The notes beneath the pieces are model-generated. The model worked only from the letters and a program-made list of their open reading frames with translations, searched no databases and was not told the origin of the DNA. This document shows positions 43,901 to 55,422 of a stretch of DNA of 64,000 bases, piece by piece (position 1 is the first letter of the stretch; each line of letters opens with the position of its first letter). The translations under genes and the position numbers were made by a program. The DNA comes from an uncultured Verrucomicrobiae bacterium (lineage in GTDB: Bacteria > Verrucomicrobiota > Verrucomicrobiia > Limisphaerales > JAFGQR01): NCBI GenBank assembly GCA_963788655.1, contig CAWBHS010000026.1, forward strand, positions 1 to 64,000, read 5' to 3'.

Positions 43901-46900
43901 TCATTCGGGTGTCGCCAAAACCATCGAACTGGTGAACCGCCTCAAAGAGACGGTGCGCGAGTTCACCGTCAACGAGGAAAAACTCACGCACCAGCTTAAC
44001 GCCGGCATCGGTGAAGCGCGACGTCGCCGGGACGCGGCGACTGAAGAACTGGAGAGCGAATCTGCGCTGGCGCTGGATCAGGCGGAGGCCGCCTTTCAGA
44101 CGGCCCGGCAAGCGCGGGAGTCAAAATATGCGCAGCGCCACGCACGCATTCAGAAAGGTCGCCGCACCAGCCAAAAGCAGCAACTCCAGCAAATCGACCG
44201 CACCGAGGGAGGCCGCAAACACAAGCTCCAAACCGAAACGCTGCAAGCGCAACGGGACCACGATAACGGGCTGGCGCAAACGGAAACAACCTCGAAGAAT
44301 TCAAGCGCAGCCTGGCTGGCCGAGCAGGAACTGCTGCAATCCATTGCAATCGCGAGCATGGTCTGACTTTTCGCGCTTCTAGGAAATTTCGCGACTTGAT
44401 TTCCCCGACGGAACCGCAGTGGAAAGCGCACCGGTGGCGGACGACAAGGATGAATATCAATTGTTCACGTGAACTGCGCCAGCGACTCGATGCTGCCCAG
44501 GCCGACTTGGGCCGTTTCCGGAAATTGCTGGTGCCCCATCTTCTCAAATATCCCAGTCTGTGGTTGGTGATCCTGTTTTGCCTGATCCCTTTGGTTCCGC
44601 TACTGCAATACTTCAACATCACTTCCTTTACCTACGTTCATGCGGGCGCAGCAATTGGGGGATGTCTCGTGCTGGGCTTCCTGTTGCACTACTTGGGCCG
44701 GCGGCAGGGCCAGCCGCTCGCCAAAAAGTTTGCCGCCGAAATTGCCTCGGCCGCTCGTTTGCACGATGTCTGCCTGGAAACGGCCGAGACGCGGCGCACC
44801 CAGGAAATTGCCCGGATCGAAAACGAGTTCGAAAGCCGCAATCAGACGATCGCTCAGGAATGGCAGCAGGCCATCGAGACCGCCGCGCAGCTTCGCGAAA
44901 CCGCGCCGCGAACGCTCGAGGAAAAGGCGGCGCGTGTTTCCGCCCGGAACGAAAAACAACATCGCCTAAAGACTGAACAACTCGAACGCCACCACACCGC
45001 GGAAGTCCAGCGTTTGAAAGGCGAAGCCGAAACTCGGCAGCGGAAATTGGTGAGCGTTTGCGCAGCGTTGGAGACGAAGTACAACTCTGATTCCAGACGA
45101 ACCTGCAGGCTTTGGAAGCCGAATGGAAACAGCAAATCCAGCCGATTTACAAAGTCATCCAGACCGCCAACGCGGATGCGGAAAAGCTGTTTCCGCCGTG
45201 GGACGCGGAACGGTGGGATCGCTGGACGGCTCCGAAGGAATTCGCGCACGCCGCTCAGTTCGCGCACCTGGACGTGGACGTGGTCAATCTCGCCGGCAGC
45301 CCGCCCAAAGATGAGCGACTCGCGCTTCCGGGCCCCAGCCAGTTTTCGTTGCCATTACTGCTGACGTATCCCCACGAAGGATCGATTCTCTTCGAGACGG
45401 TGGCGGCCGGGCGGGAGGAAATGATCGGCGCGCTGAACAATCTCATTTTGCGGTTGCTCTCGGTGGCGCCGCCGGGACGGTTGAGCTTCACGCTGATTGA
45501 TCCCGTGGGACTGGGGCAAAGCTTTTCCGGCGTGATGCACCTGGCGGATTACGCCGAGCACTTGATCAACAGCCGCATCTGGACCCAGACCGGGCAGATC
45601 GAGCAGCGCCTGGCCAACCTGAATGAGCACATGGAGAAGGTCATTCAGATGTATCTCCGGAACGAGTACGCCACGATCACGGAATACAATGAACAAGCCG
45701 GCAACATCGCGGAGAAATATCACTTTCTGGCGGTCGCCGATTTCCCCTCGAACTTCACCGAGGTTGCCGCCAAACGGCTTTTGAGCATTGCCACCAGCGG
45801 CGCACGTTGTGGAGTTTATACGCTGATTCATTGGGACCGCCGGCAGCCGGTGCCGCCGGAGTTTGTTCCGGAGGAACTTCGCAAGAGCAGCGTTTGCATC
45901 AGTCTCAAAGGCAACACCCTGGTTTTGACCGGCCAACCGATGGCCGGCACGCGCGTACTGCTCGAAGCCCCGCCATCGCCGGAACGCGCGACCCAATTCA
46001 TCCAAAAAGTTGGCTTGAGTAGTCGCGACTCGAATCGCATCGAAGTGCCGTTTGCCCACGTGGCACCAGCCGGAGACGAAGTGTGGAGCCTGGACTCCGC
46101 GGACGAACTGCGCGTGCCGATTGGCCGCACCGGCGCCACGAAGTTGCAGTATCTTGCCATCGGCAAGGACACCCGCCAGCACGGGTTGATCGCGGGCAAG
46201 ACCGGTTCCGGCAAATCCACGTTGTTTCACGTGATCATCACCAACCTGGCGTTGTGGTGCAGTCCGGAGCAGGTCGAGTTTTACCTGGTGGATTTCAAGA
46301 AAGGCGTGGAATTCAAATGCTACGCGGCCCGACATCTGCCACATGCGCGCGTCGTCGCGATCGAGAGCGACCGGGAGTTCGGCTTGAGCGTGCTCCAGCG
46401 CGTGGACGCCGAGTTGAAACGGCGCGGCGACTTGTTTCGCAAGCTCGGCGTGCAGAACGTTCCCGGCTACAAAAAGGCAGGCGGCACCGAAGCCATGCCG
46501 CGCTCGCTGCTGATCATTGACGAGTTCCAGGAATTTTTCGTTGAAGACGATCCCATCTCCCAGACGGCATCGGTGCTTCTGGATCGAATTGTCCGGCAAG
46601 GACGCGCGTTTGGCATTCACGTATTGCTGGGTTCCCAAACACTTGGGGGCGCGTACACCGTAGCGCGCACGACCCTCGGCCAAATGGTCATTCGTATCGC
46701 GCTCCAGTGCAACGAAGCCGATGCTTACTTGATCATGGACGACAACAATCCGGCTCCCCGGCTGCTAACCCGTCCAGGCGAGGGCATTTACAACGACCGG
46801 GCCGGGAACCTCGAAGGCAACAGCCCATTCCAGACGGTGTGGCTGCCGGACGCGGTGCGCGACGCGTCACTCGAGCAGGTCCGCCAGGTGGCCGACCAAA

Positions 46901-47793
46901 GCGGGACCGCTTATCCAGGCCCAATCGTGTTTGAAGGAAACGCGCCCGCGGACATTCGGGAAAACGCCGCGCTGGGCGCGTTGCTGAAGGCCGAATCGAT
47001 CCAGGTTCCACCTGCAGCGCAAATGTGGCTGGGTGCGCCCAATTCCATCAAAGGTCCGACGGAAGCGGTGTTCCATCGACAAAGCGGCAATCACCTTTTG
47101 ATGGTCGGCCAACGCGACGAAGCCATCCTGGCCATTTTCTCAGTTGGCCTGGTTTCGTTGGCGACGCAATATCCGATCGGCCGGGCGCGGTTCTATTTGC
47201 TCGATGGCACGCCGCCGGGTTCGCCGCAACGCGCCTTCCTTGAGCGGGTCAGGCAAGCGATCCCGCATGACGCGGTGAGCGTGAAACCAAACGAATTGGC
47301 GGACGTGCTGAGCGGATTGGCCGAGGAAGTGAAACGGCATACCGAAGACGTTTCGGCCGGCGAAGCACCGGCAACGTTCTTGTTGATTCAAGGGCTTCAG
47401 AAATTCGGCAAGCTGCGTTACGAAGAGGATTTTGGGTTTTCGACGGACGATTCCGCAACGACGGCCAAGCCGGGCGCATTGCTCAACACACTGATTGATG
47501 AAGGCCCCAGCGCGGGCGTCCACGTGATTGCTTCGTGTGACACCTACAACAACGTCAGCCGGTTCCTCAGCCGGAAGGCCCTGAGCGAGTTTGAAATGCG
47601 GGTGCTATTCCAGATGAGCCCGAACGATTCAGCCAGCCTGATCGACAGTCCGAAAGCCAGCACGTTGGGGTTGCACCGGGCGATTTTCTACAACGAGCAA
47701 CAGGGTTACATGGAAACGTTCCGTCCGTATGCCCTGCCGCCCGGTGACTGGATTGAGCACGTAGGTGGCGAACTCGGGCGGTTGCTGAAATAG
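43893..47793 (+). CDS. FtsK/SpoIIIE-domain membrane ATPase (EccC/EssC-like); frameshifts between about 44290 and 45100
   Basis: Coiled coil, two TM helices, HGLIAGKTGSGKS, YLVDFKKGVEF, LLIIDEFQE, RQGRAFGIHVLLGSQ. Confidence 0.88.
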
Positions 47794-47807
47794 CCGTTCT
47801 CCCTACC

Positions 47808-48833
47808 CTACCGTTTCCACCAGGAGCGGTGCTGCGGTCTGGGTTCCGGGGCGAAGGACTGCTGTTGATTGATCTGTTGCACCAGTAACTGGCTGCGCGC
47901 CGCGGTCAGGGCCATGATGAAATCATCGTACGTGGGGTAGCGATCATCCGGGTTCTTGGCCATCGCGGCGCAAATCGCGTCACTGGTTGGCTGGGTGATG
48001 TTGACATTGATGTGATTGGGCGGCGTCAGGGGGGCGTGGACATGGTCGGCCACCACTTGCTCAATCGTTTCCGCCTCGAACGGCACGTGGCCGGTCATCG
48101 CATGGTAGAGCGTGCCGCCCAGGCTGTACATGTCCGAATGAAAATCTTCGCCACGACGCTGGATCTTTTCGGGCGCCACGTAATAAGGCGTTCCCCATAT
48201 CGAAGAGCCGTATTCCTCTTCTTCCTCCGCTTTGCGGGCCAGGCCAAAGTCCACCAGTTTCGGTTCGCCTTCGGCATTATAGAGGATGTTGAGGGGTTTG
48301 ATGTCGCGATGGAGCAAGTCCTTTTTTAGTGCCGTTTGCAGCGCGGAGGCGACTTTGATGCCGACGTCCAACACGTCGAGTTCGGGCACGGCCCCTTCGG
48401 TTTCAATGCGATTGTCGAGGCTACCATGGTCGGCCAGTTCCATCACCAGGAAAGGTTGCCCGTCAAAATCGTCGAACGCGTAAATATGGATGATATTGGT
48501 GTGATTCAGGGCGGCCCCGGCGCGGGCTTCGCGATAGAAACTATCCATCACTTGCGGATCTTCAGTCAGTTCGCGTTTGAGGAATTTGACTGCCACCATT
48601 CGTTCGAGCGTCAGATCGAACGCCCGGTACACTGTGCCCATGCCGCCGGACGCGATCACTTCCCGTAATTCGAACTGGCGGATGCGCACCGGAACAATGA
48701 CCGGGTGGCCGCACTGGTTGCAGGGAGTTGACGCCATCGGTTCACCGCCGCTTGGCAGCCAAAGCTGTTTCTTGCAGCTTCCACAAATAGATAAACGCAA
48801 CGGGGCGCTGGGTTGACCGGTGGCCTCGGACAC
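47808..48833 (-). CDS. Hanks-type Ser/Thr protein kinase with N-terminal zinc ribbon
   Basis: CGSC...CNQC; GGMGTVY, VAVK, HRDIKPLN, DFGLA, GTPYYVAPE, SDMYSLG. Confidence 0.93.
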   Translation of the reverse strand: MSEATGQPSAPLRLSICGSCKKQLWLPSGGEPMASTPCNQCGHPVIVPVRIRQFELREVIASGGMGTVYRAFDLTLERMVAVKFLKRELTEDPQVMDSFYREARAGAALNHTNIIHIYAFDDFDGQPFLVMELADHGSLDNRIETEGAVPELDVLDVGIKVASALQTALKKDLLHRDIKPLNILYNAEGEPKLVDFGLARKAEEEEEYGSSIWGTPYYVAPEKIQRRGEDFHSDMYSLGGTLYHAMTGHVPFEAETIEQVVADHVHAPLTPPNHINVNITQPTSDAICAAMAKNPDDRYPTYDDFIMALTAARSQLLVQQINQQQSFAPEPRPQHRSWWKR

Positions 48834-49025
48834 GAGAGCAAGATAACAGGTGTTGTTCGCCCGACAAGCGTGGAAATAGCCCGACCGCGCCGAGGTGGCG
48901 AACGAAGTCAGCTTTCCGCTACCGGTCCAACCCTCACGGCAACGGCACCTCTCGCTGGGAAGGATTGCCCGCCTGACTCATTGCGGTTGACAAGGACTCC
49001 GCTTTGCGGTTTCTTAAGCGCGTTC

Positions 49026-49200
49026 ATGATGGATAAAACAATTAGCACCGATCCGCCGCATGCTCACGGGAGCAAGCGCACGGGCGTACGGTGTCACTCC
49101 GCCCGAAAGGCTGGCGGCATCGTGGAGGGAGGGCCTTAGCCCCTGACGAAAGCAATTTTCCCCACCCACGATTGTCCGGCAATCGTGGGTTTTTTGTTTT
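49026..49200 (+). promoter_or_regulatory. Candidate attenuator leader (short ORF, antiterminator, terminator)
   Basis: TTGACA at 48987; 37-codon ORF 49026-49139; ATCGTGG (49119-49125) is complementary to the terminator 5' arm. Confidence 0.5.
49164..49200 (+). terminator. Intrinsic terminator
   Basis: ACCCACGATTG-tccgg-CAATCGTGGGT (11-bp stem) followed by TTTTTGTTTT. Confidence 0.85.
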
Positions 49201-49243
49201 ATTCCGGGCCGTCGGGCTCATCCCGGATGCCGGAAAGTCACTA

Positions 49244-49588
49244 ATGAAATCAGACAAAAACAGAACAAAGGATCAAGTCATGCGCGACCGGGAGTTACAC
49301 CCGCCGGCCGTTGGAGCACCGGTGTTTCAAGGTGCCACCGAGAGCGAATTCGAACAATTCAAAGACCAGTTGCTACTGCGCTTGCTGCGGCAGACCAGCG
49401 ACGCGGAGTTGGACGCGGCGTTGCGTCATGCCGCCAATGAAGCCGCCGCCATGGCTTGGACGACGCCGTTTCCACTCTTGTTTCTGCCCGCGCTGGTGGA
49501 AGAGAAAGCCGAGTCCGTCCGCCGCCAGGCAAAGGATCAGGCGCCAAGCCGACCTCGCCGTTCAAAAGCGTTAAAGCCGGCGGCGTGA
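49244..49588 (+). CDS. Small helical hypothetical protein
   Basis: FEQFKDQLL...LRHAANEAAAMAWTTPFPLLFLPALVEEK. Confidence 0.65.
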   Translation: MKSDKNRTKDQVMRDRELHPPAVGAPVFQGATESEFEQFKDQLLLRLLRQTSDAELDAALRHAANEAAAMAWTTPFPLLFLPALVEEKAESVRRQAKDQAPSRPRRSKALKPAA

Positions 49589-49827
49589 GAAGGAGAGAGA
49601 GTCCTGACGCTGGATACTTGATACCGGGTGCCGGAACTGGCAGCTTGATATTGGATACCGGCCGGAATGTCCCACCCACTGCTGCGTAGTGGCGGCATTC
49701 GAATCGTCCAACGGTTCGAATGTGTGGCGCCTGAACAGCGTGGCCAACCATTGCCCGCGACGGTTTTGGCCGCGCCTCGCCGATTCAGTTTGACCAGCTT
49801 TCCTTTGCCTCAGTAGGCTTCGCCGCC

Positions 49828-51252
49828 ATGGGTTACGAACCGAATCCCGCGATGATCGCACCGTTCGTCGTTTTGCTCGCGACCATCGCATTGGCGCCAC
49901 TGGCCTTTCCGGAATGGTGGCTGAAGCATTACCCCAAAGTGGCGCTGGCTTTGGCGGCGGTCACGCTTTCATACTACCTGCTAGTTTTACCCGGCACGGC
50001 GAAACTTACCGTGTGGCACACCACCGAGGAATACATCAGCTTCATTGTGTTGATCGGCTCATTGTTCGTGGTGTCGGGGGGCATTCATATCAACATCAAA
50101 GGACAGGCGACGCCGCGGGCCAACGTGGTGTTTTTGCTCATCGGCGCAGTGATCGCGAACGTGCTCGGCACCACGGGCGCTTCGATGTTGATGATTCGCC
50201 CCTGGCTGCGCATGAACAAGTATCGGATCACCGCGCATCATGTGGTGTTTTTCATCTTCATTGTTTCCAACGTCGGTGGCTGCCTGACCCCCATCGGCGA
50301 TCCGCCACTGTTTCTGGGATTCCTTAAAGGAATTCCTTTCTGGTGGGTTGCCGAACATTGCTGGCCGATGTGGGCGGTGGGTATTGGGATGCTGCTGGCG
50401 ACGTTTTACGTCATTGACCGACATAATTATGTCCGGGCGCCCCGCACCATCCGGGAGGAACAAGCGGAGCCGCCGGATAGCTGGCGGTTCGACGGTTTGG
50501 GAAATCTGTTCTTCCTGGCGGTCATCCTGGTGGCCGTGTTTGTCGAGCACCCGCTGTTCCTGCGGGAAGCTATCATGGTCGGCGCGGCAGCCTGTTCGTA
50601 CTTTATGACTCGCCAATCCGTGCATGAGGCCAACCACTTCAACTTTCATCCGATTCAGGAAGTGACGATCCTGTTCATTGGCATTTTTGCCACCATGATG
50701 CCGGCGCTGGATTGGTTGCAGTTGCACGCGAGTTCGATCCAGAATGCCACCCCGGGCATGTTTTATTGGGGCACGGGCGTGCTCTCCAGCGTGCTGGACA
50801 ACGCGCCGACCTACCTGAGCTTTCTCAGCGCCGCCACGGGCTATTTTGTTCCCATGGATCTGCTGAACGAGTTGTTGGTCTATGTCAAAGCGCACGGGCC
50901 GGATGCGTCGGCGCTCGTGGGTCCGCACGCGGAAATGTTGCGACACGCTTTGGACACCTTGGTCAAGTACCGCGCCGCCGAAGTGAGCGCCCAGGACATT
51001 ACCGCGACCCATGGGCAAGTGGCGCTGCTGCTGGGTAATCTGCAAAGCAGCCGTACGCTGGTGGCCATCAGCGTGGGCGCCGTATTCTTTGGCGCCTGCA
51101 CGTACATTGGCAATGGCCCGAACTTTATGGTGAAAGCCATTGCCGAGCACCAGAAAGTCCACGTGCCATCGTTTGTGGGATATGTGTTCAAGTTCACCCT
51201 GTTGTACCTGCTCCCCACCCTGGCGGTGGTCTGGTTGATCTTCTTCCGATAG
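49828..51252 (+). CDS. Putative sodium:proton antiporter (IT superfamily)
   Basis: Multi-TM; GTTGASM, SNVGGCLTPIGDPPLFLG, LDNAPTYL, TYIGNGPNFMV. Confidence 0.85.
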   Translation: MGYEPNPAMIAPFVVLLATIALAPLAFPEWWLKHYPKVALALAAVTLSYYLLVLPGTAKLTVWHTTEEYISFIVLIGSLFVVSGGIHINIKGQATPRANVVFLLIGAVIANVLGTTGASMLMIRPWLRMNKYRITAHHVVFFIFIVSNVGGCLTPIGDPPLFLGFLKGIPFWWVAEHCWPMWAVGIGMLLATFYVIDRHNYVRAPRTIREEQAEPPDSWRFDGLGNLFFLAVILVAVFVEHPLFLREAIMVGAAACSYFMTRQSVHEANHFNFHPIQEVTILFIGIFATMMPALDWLQLHASSIQNATPGMFYWGTGVLSSVLDNAPTYLSFLSAATGYFVPMDLLNELLVYVKAHGPDASALVGPHAEMLRHALDTLVKYRAAEVSAQDITATHGQVALLLGNLQSSRTLVAISVGAVFFGACTYIGNGPNFMVKAIAEHQKVHVPSFVGYVFKFTLLYLLPTLAVVWLIFFR

Positions 51253-51516
51253 GCGCCACGCGGCGCAGACTAACAACCGGTCGTCCGGCCGTCACAAACG
51301 ACACCGTTGCCAGCCGGTCAATTCCGAGGCGATTGCCATCGGTGGCCAGTGGGAGTTGCGACGTGGCTTGTCTTCTGCTGCGGCAATTTGGGCAGAATCC
51401 GGACCTCGCGGAAGATACCGCCCCGGCTGGTTGGCCGTTTCCAGCGAATTAAAGAAAAATGGTTTTGCCAGACAGGCCCAAATTATGTGAGATAACGAAG
51501 CGCTTTTACCCTCGCT

Positions 51517-52865
51517 ATGCGGCGATTTTACAACATTTTATTTACACTGTCCTTTCTGCTCAGTTCGCCCTATTACTTTCTCCGGCTGCGTCGGAGGGGC
51601 AATTGGCGGGCGGATTTTTCCCAGCGGTTTGGACGTTACAGCTCCAAAGTCAAGCAAGCCGTCTCCAATCGGCACGTGCTGTGGATCCACGCCGTCAGCG
51701 TTGGGGAGGTCAATATCTGCACGCAGCTCGTCAAAGCGCTGGAGCCCCGGCTGCCCAATTTGAAGATCGTGGTTTCCACCACCACCACGACGGGTATGGG
51801 CGAATTGCAAAAGAAATTTCCTTCCCATATCCAAAAAGTCTATTACCCAATTGACCGCCGGGAGTGACGTCAACCGCGCCCTGATGACGATCCATCCGCA
51901 GATTATTGTGCTGGTGGAAGCGGAAATCTGGCCCAATTTTTTATGGCGTTCTCAGGCGCTACGCATTCCGTTGTTCTTGGTCAACGCCCGGTTGTCCGAA
52001 AAGTCCTACCGTGGCTACAAGCGGTTTGGCTTTTTGTTTCGGCAGTTGTTCGCCGCGTTTACCGGGGTTGGGTGCCAAAATGAAACTGACGCCCAGCGGC
52101 TGCGCGAGTTGGGTTGCCGGCCGGAGAGCATCTGCGTGGTCGGCAACATGAAGTACGACTCGGCCAAACTTGAAGAGCGCCGAGTAGTTGATGTGCCCGG
52201 GTTGCTACGCCAATTGGGGGTGCCGGACGGCGCGCGCCTGCTCATTGGCGGCAGCACCCATGCCGGAGAGGAAGCCATTCTCGGGGAAATCTACCAGCGG
52301 TTGCGAAAGCGGTTTCCGGATTTGTTTCTGATTGTGGCACCCCGTCATTTCGAACGCGGCAAGGAAGCCGGTCGGGATCTGAGCGCGCAGGGCATCAAGT
52401 TCGCTTACCGCAGCGAAATGAGCGTGAGTTCCCGCTACGAACCCAACTCCATCGAATGCCTGTTGTTGAATACGACCGGGGAATTGAAGTACTTCTACGA
52501 ACATGCCGCGGCCATCTTTGTGGGCAAGAGCCTCGTCGCCGACGGGGGCCAGAATCCGATCGAGCCGGGCGCGTTGGGCAAAGCCATGGTCTTTGGCCCC
52601 AACATGCAGAACTTCGAGGCCATCGCCCGGAGTTTTGTCGCACAGGCGCGCCGCGCTCCAAGTGCAGAACGCGGCTGAGTTGGAAACCGCGCTGGACCAC
52701 ATTCTGGGTGATGCCCAACTGGCCGCGGAATTGGGCCGCAACGCGGTGCAGGTAGTCAAAGAAAACTCGGGCGCCATCGAGCGCACCGTAGAGATGATCG
52801 TGGAGGCGTTGAAAGACAGTCCGATTTTTGTCGCCGGCAAACGCTTTCGCGCTCGGCAGGGTTAA
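51517..52865 (+). CDS. waaA: 3-deoxy-D-manno-octulosonic acid (Kdo) transferase; frameshifts near 51862 and 52645
   Basis: WIHAVSVGE, EAEIWPN, VNARLS, GNMKYD, GSTHAGEE, APRHFER, GGQNPIEP, FGPNMQNF. Confidence 0.93.
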
Positions 52866-53950
52866 GAGAGAATGCGGCCTTCGTCGAGGAAGATGCCCTT
52901 GAAGTTCATTTCCAGCGCCTGAGGATTGGTCGCCTTGGCCAAGGCTTCTTTCTTGGTGACTTTGCCTTCCTTGACCAGTTGGAACAGCGCCTGGTTGAAA
53001 TTCAGCATGCCTTCTTCGCCGCCGGTTTCAATCGCCGCGGGGAATTTGTCCAGCCGGTTTTCTTCGATCATTTTCCGCACCGTGGCGGTGTTGATCAGGA
53101 TCTCCAGCGCGGGCACCATGCCCGTATGGATGGCCGTGACCATGCGCTGACAAACCACCGCCCGCAGGGTTCCCGCCAGTTGCCGGCGAATTTGCTCGCG
53201 GTCATCGGCCTTGAAGAAATCCAGGATGCGCGTGACGGATTGGGAGGCCGATGGTCGTGTGGAGTGTGGAGAGCACCAGGTGCCCGGTGTCGGCTGCGCT
53301 GATGGCGGCGGTGAAGCTGATCGCGTCGCGCATTTCGCCGATCATGATGACATCCGGGATCCTGGCGCAGCACGTGCTTGAGCGCGTGGTGGAAGGACAA
53401 GGTATCCAAGCCGACTTCCCGCTGTTCGATGACCGATTGGTTGTCTTCAAAGACGTATTCGATCGGGATCTTCCAGCGTAATGATGTGCTTCTTGAAGTT
53501 GGCGTTGATGTGCTCGATCATCGCGGCCAGCGTGGTGGATTTGCCGGAACCGGTGGAGCCGGCGACCAGAACAATGCCGCGCGGGGACTCGGCGATTTCC
53601 TGTAATACCGGCAGCAGGCCCAGTTCTTCGAAGCTGGGAACCTGCACCTTTACGTAGCGCATGGCCAGACAGCACTGGCCGCGTTGTTGAAAGAGATTGG
53701 TGCGAAAGCGGCCAACGTCAGGCACGAAATAGGAGAAGTCCACTTCCCGTTCTTCCTTCAGACGGTTTTTGGCGTGCGGAGGCACCATGTGCTCCACCAC
53801 GTTGTTCATCCACTCCTCAGTGGGGAAGGGGCACTCGATGGCGACGAGTTGGCGATTGATGCGGAAGATCACCGGCGTTCCGATCTTGAGATGCACATCG
53901 GAAGCCCCGCCTTCAACGGCGGTTTTCAAAATGCGATTGAAGTTTTCCAT
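52862..53950 (-). CDS. pilT: PilT/PilU-family type IV pilus ATPase; frameshifted
   Basis: [45 protein letters not shown]. Confidence 0.85.
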
Positions 53951-53982
53951 GCCCCGACGCTAGCAGGCTCCCTTTCGGAAGG

Positions 53983-54303
53983 CTAGCGCGAAAGCGCCAA
54001 AGCGCTGAGCCGGGTCTGCGTCTGCGGGGATACGTTGGTGAAGACCATGGACACCAAATAACCGGCGTGCCGGTTGCCATTGCAGGCAACGACGACCCCC
54101 GTGCAGTTCAGATCACGGGGTTCTCCCGGCGTTTGCAGGGAGACGGTCATTTCCGCCCAAACGTTAACCGGAGTGCTGCTCCGAAATTCGATCCCGTTCC
54201 TTCGGATTTGAATCGCGCTGGCGGGCAAATCCAAACGGGTTGTCTGTGACGCAACGGTCACTGGTTGGAAATCTTGTGCGTTACCTAATTTGCTGCCGCT
54301 CAT
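53983..54303 (-). CDS. PilZ-like small beta protein
   Basis: NGIEFRS...CTGVVVAC...YLVSMVF pattern. Confidence 0.55.
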   Translation of the reverse strand: MSGSKLGNAQDFQPVTVASQTTRLDLPASAIQIRRNGIEFRSSTPVNVWAEMTVSLQTPGEPRDLNCTGVVVACNGNRHAGYLVSMVFTNVSPQTQTRLSALALSR

Positions 54304-54390
54304 ATCTGGTAGCTTAACATACGGAAGCCGAACGTCAACGAAGCGTGATAACAAATTTGCAACGGATCAGGACGCGCCCAGCGATCCCCT

Positions 54391-55422
54391 TTACCATTCG
54401 ATCACGGCAGCGGCCCACGTCAAGCCGGCGCCGAAAACTACCAACAACACCAAGTCGCCCCGTTGTATCCGGCCGGATTCCACCGCCTCATCCAGGGCAA
54501 TGGCCACGGAGGCGGCCGAGGTGTTGCCGTATTTGTCGAGATTGACGAATACCTGCTCCGGTTTGGCGCCCAACCGTTCGCCCATCGCATCAATGATCCG
54601 CCGGTTGGCCTGATGGGGAATGACGCATTTGATGTGCGAAATATCGAGGTCACACCGGCGCAAAGCTTCCAAGCCCGCGGTGTACATCGCGGTGACGGCG
54701 CATTTGAACGTTTCCTTGCCATCCATTTGCAAGTAGTGCAACGAACCGGCCACCGTTTCCGCGGTTGCGGGATTGCGGCTGCCGCCAGCGGGCATGTAAA
54801 TGAGTTCGCTTTTCTCGCCGTTGGCACCCATGCAGGCGGTCAACAAGCCATGCGCCGCCGGACGATGCTGGAGAATGGCCGCCCCGGCCCCGTCGCCAAA
54901 GAGGACGCAGGTGTTGCGCTCCTTCCAGTTGACGATGGCGGACAGTTTTTCAGCCCCGATCACCAGCACCGTTTCGTAGGTGCGCGACATGATGAACTGC
55001 TGCCCAATCTCCAAAGCATAGATGAACCCGGAACAAGCCGCTTCGATGTCAAACGCTGCCGCGCGGGTGGCGCCCAGTTTCTGTTGCACCAAACAGGCGG
55101 TGGCGGGAAACGGCATGTCCGGCGTAATGGTGGCCACAATGATCAAATCGATCTGGTCAGCCGTGATGCCGCCTTTCTTCATCGCTTTTTCAGCGGCGCG
55201 GGTGGCGATATCGGAAGTAAATTCATCCTCCGCGGCCAAGCGACGCTCCTTGATGCCAGTGCGCGTCGTGATCCAGTCGTCGGAGGTATGCACCATTTGC
55301 TCCAGTTCCTGGTTGGTTAACACACGGTCAGGCACGTACGAACCGACCGAGAGAATGGAACAGGTACGCCCTTGGAACCCGTGCCGGGCGCGGGGATTGG
55401 TGAATGGTTTGCTCGTGGTCAT
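54391..55422 (-). CDS. fabH: 3-oxoacyl-ACP synthase III
   Basis: AACSGF, LFGDGAGA, PHQANRRI, GNTSAAS, FGAGLTW. Confidence 0.97.
   Translation of the reverse strand: MTTSKPFTNPRARHGFQGRTCSILSVGSYVPDRVLTNQELEQMVHTSDDWITTRTGIKERRLAAEDEFTSDIATRAAEKAMKKGGITADQIDLIIVATITPDMPFPATACLVQQKLGATRAAAFDIEAACSGFIYALEIGQQFIMSRTYETVLVIGAEKLSAIVNWKERNTCVLFGDGAGAAILQHRPAAHGLLTACMGANGEKSELIYMPAGGSRNPATAETVAGSLHYLQMDGKETFKCAVTAMYTAGLEALRRCDLDISHIKCVIPHQANRRIIDAMGERLGAKPEQVFVNLDKYGNTSAASVAIALDEAVESGRIQRGDLVLLVVFGAGLTWAAAVIEW

Noticed and set aside
43893..47793. Cell-division DNA translocase FtsK
   Set aside because: It lacks the 4-TM N-terminus and gamma domain, has multiple FtsK-like domains, and sits with WXG100-like genes.
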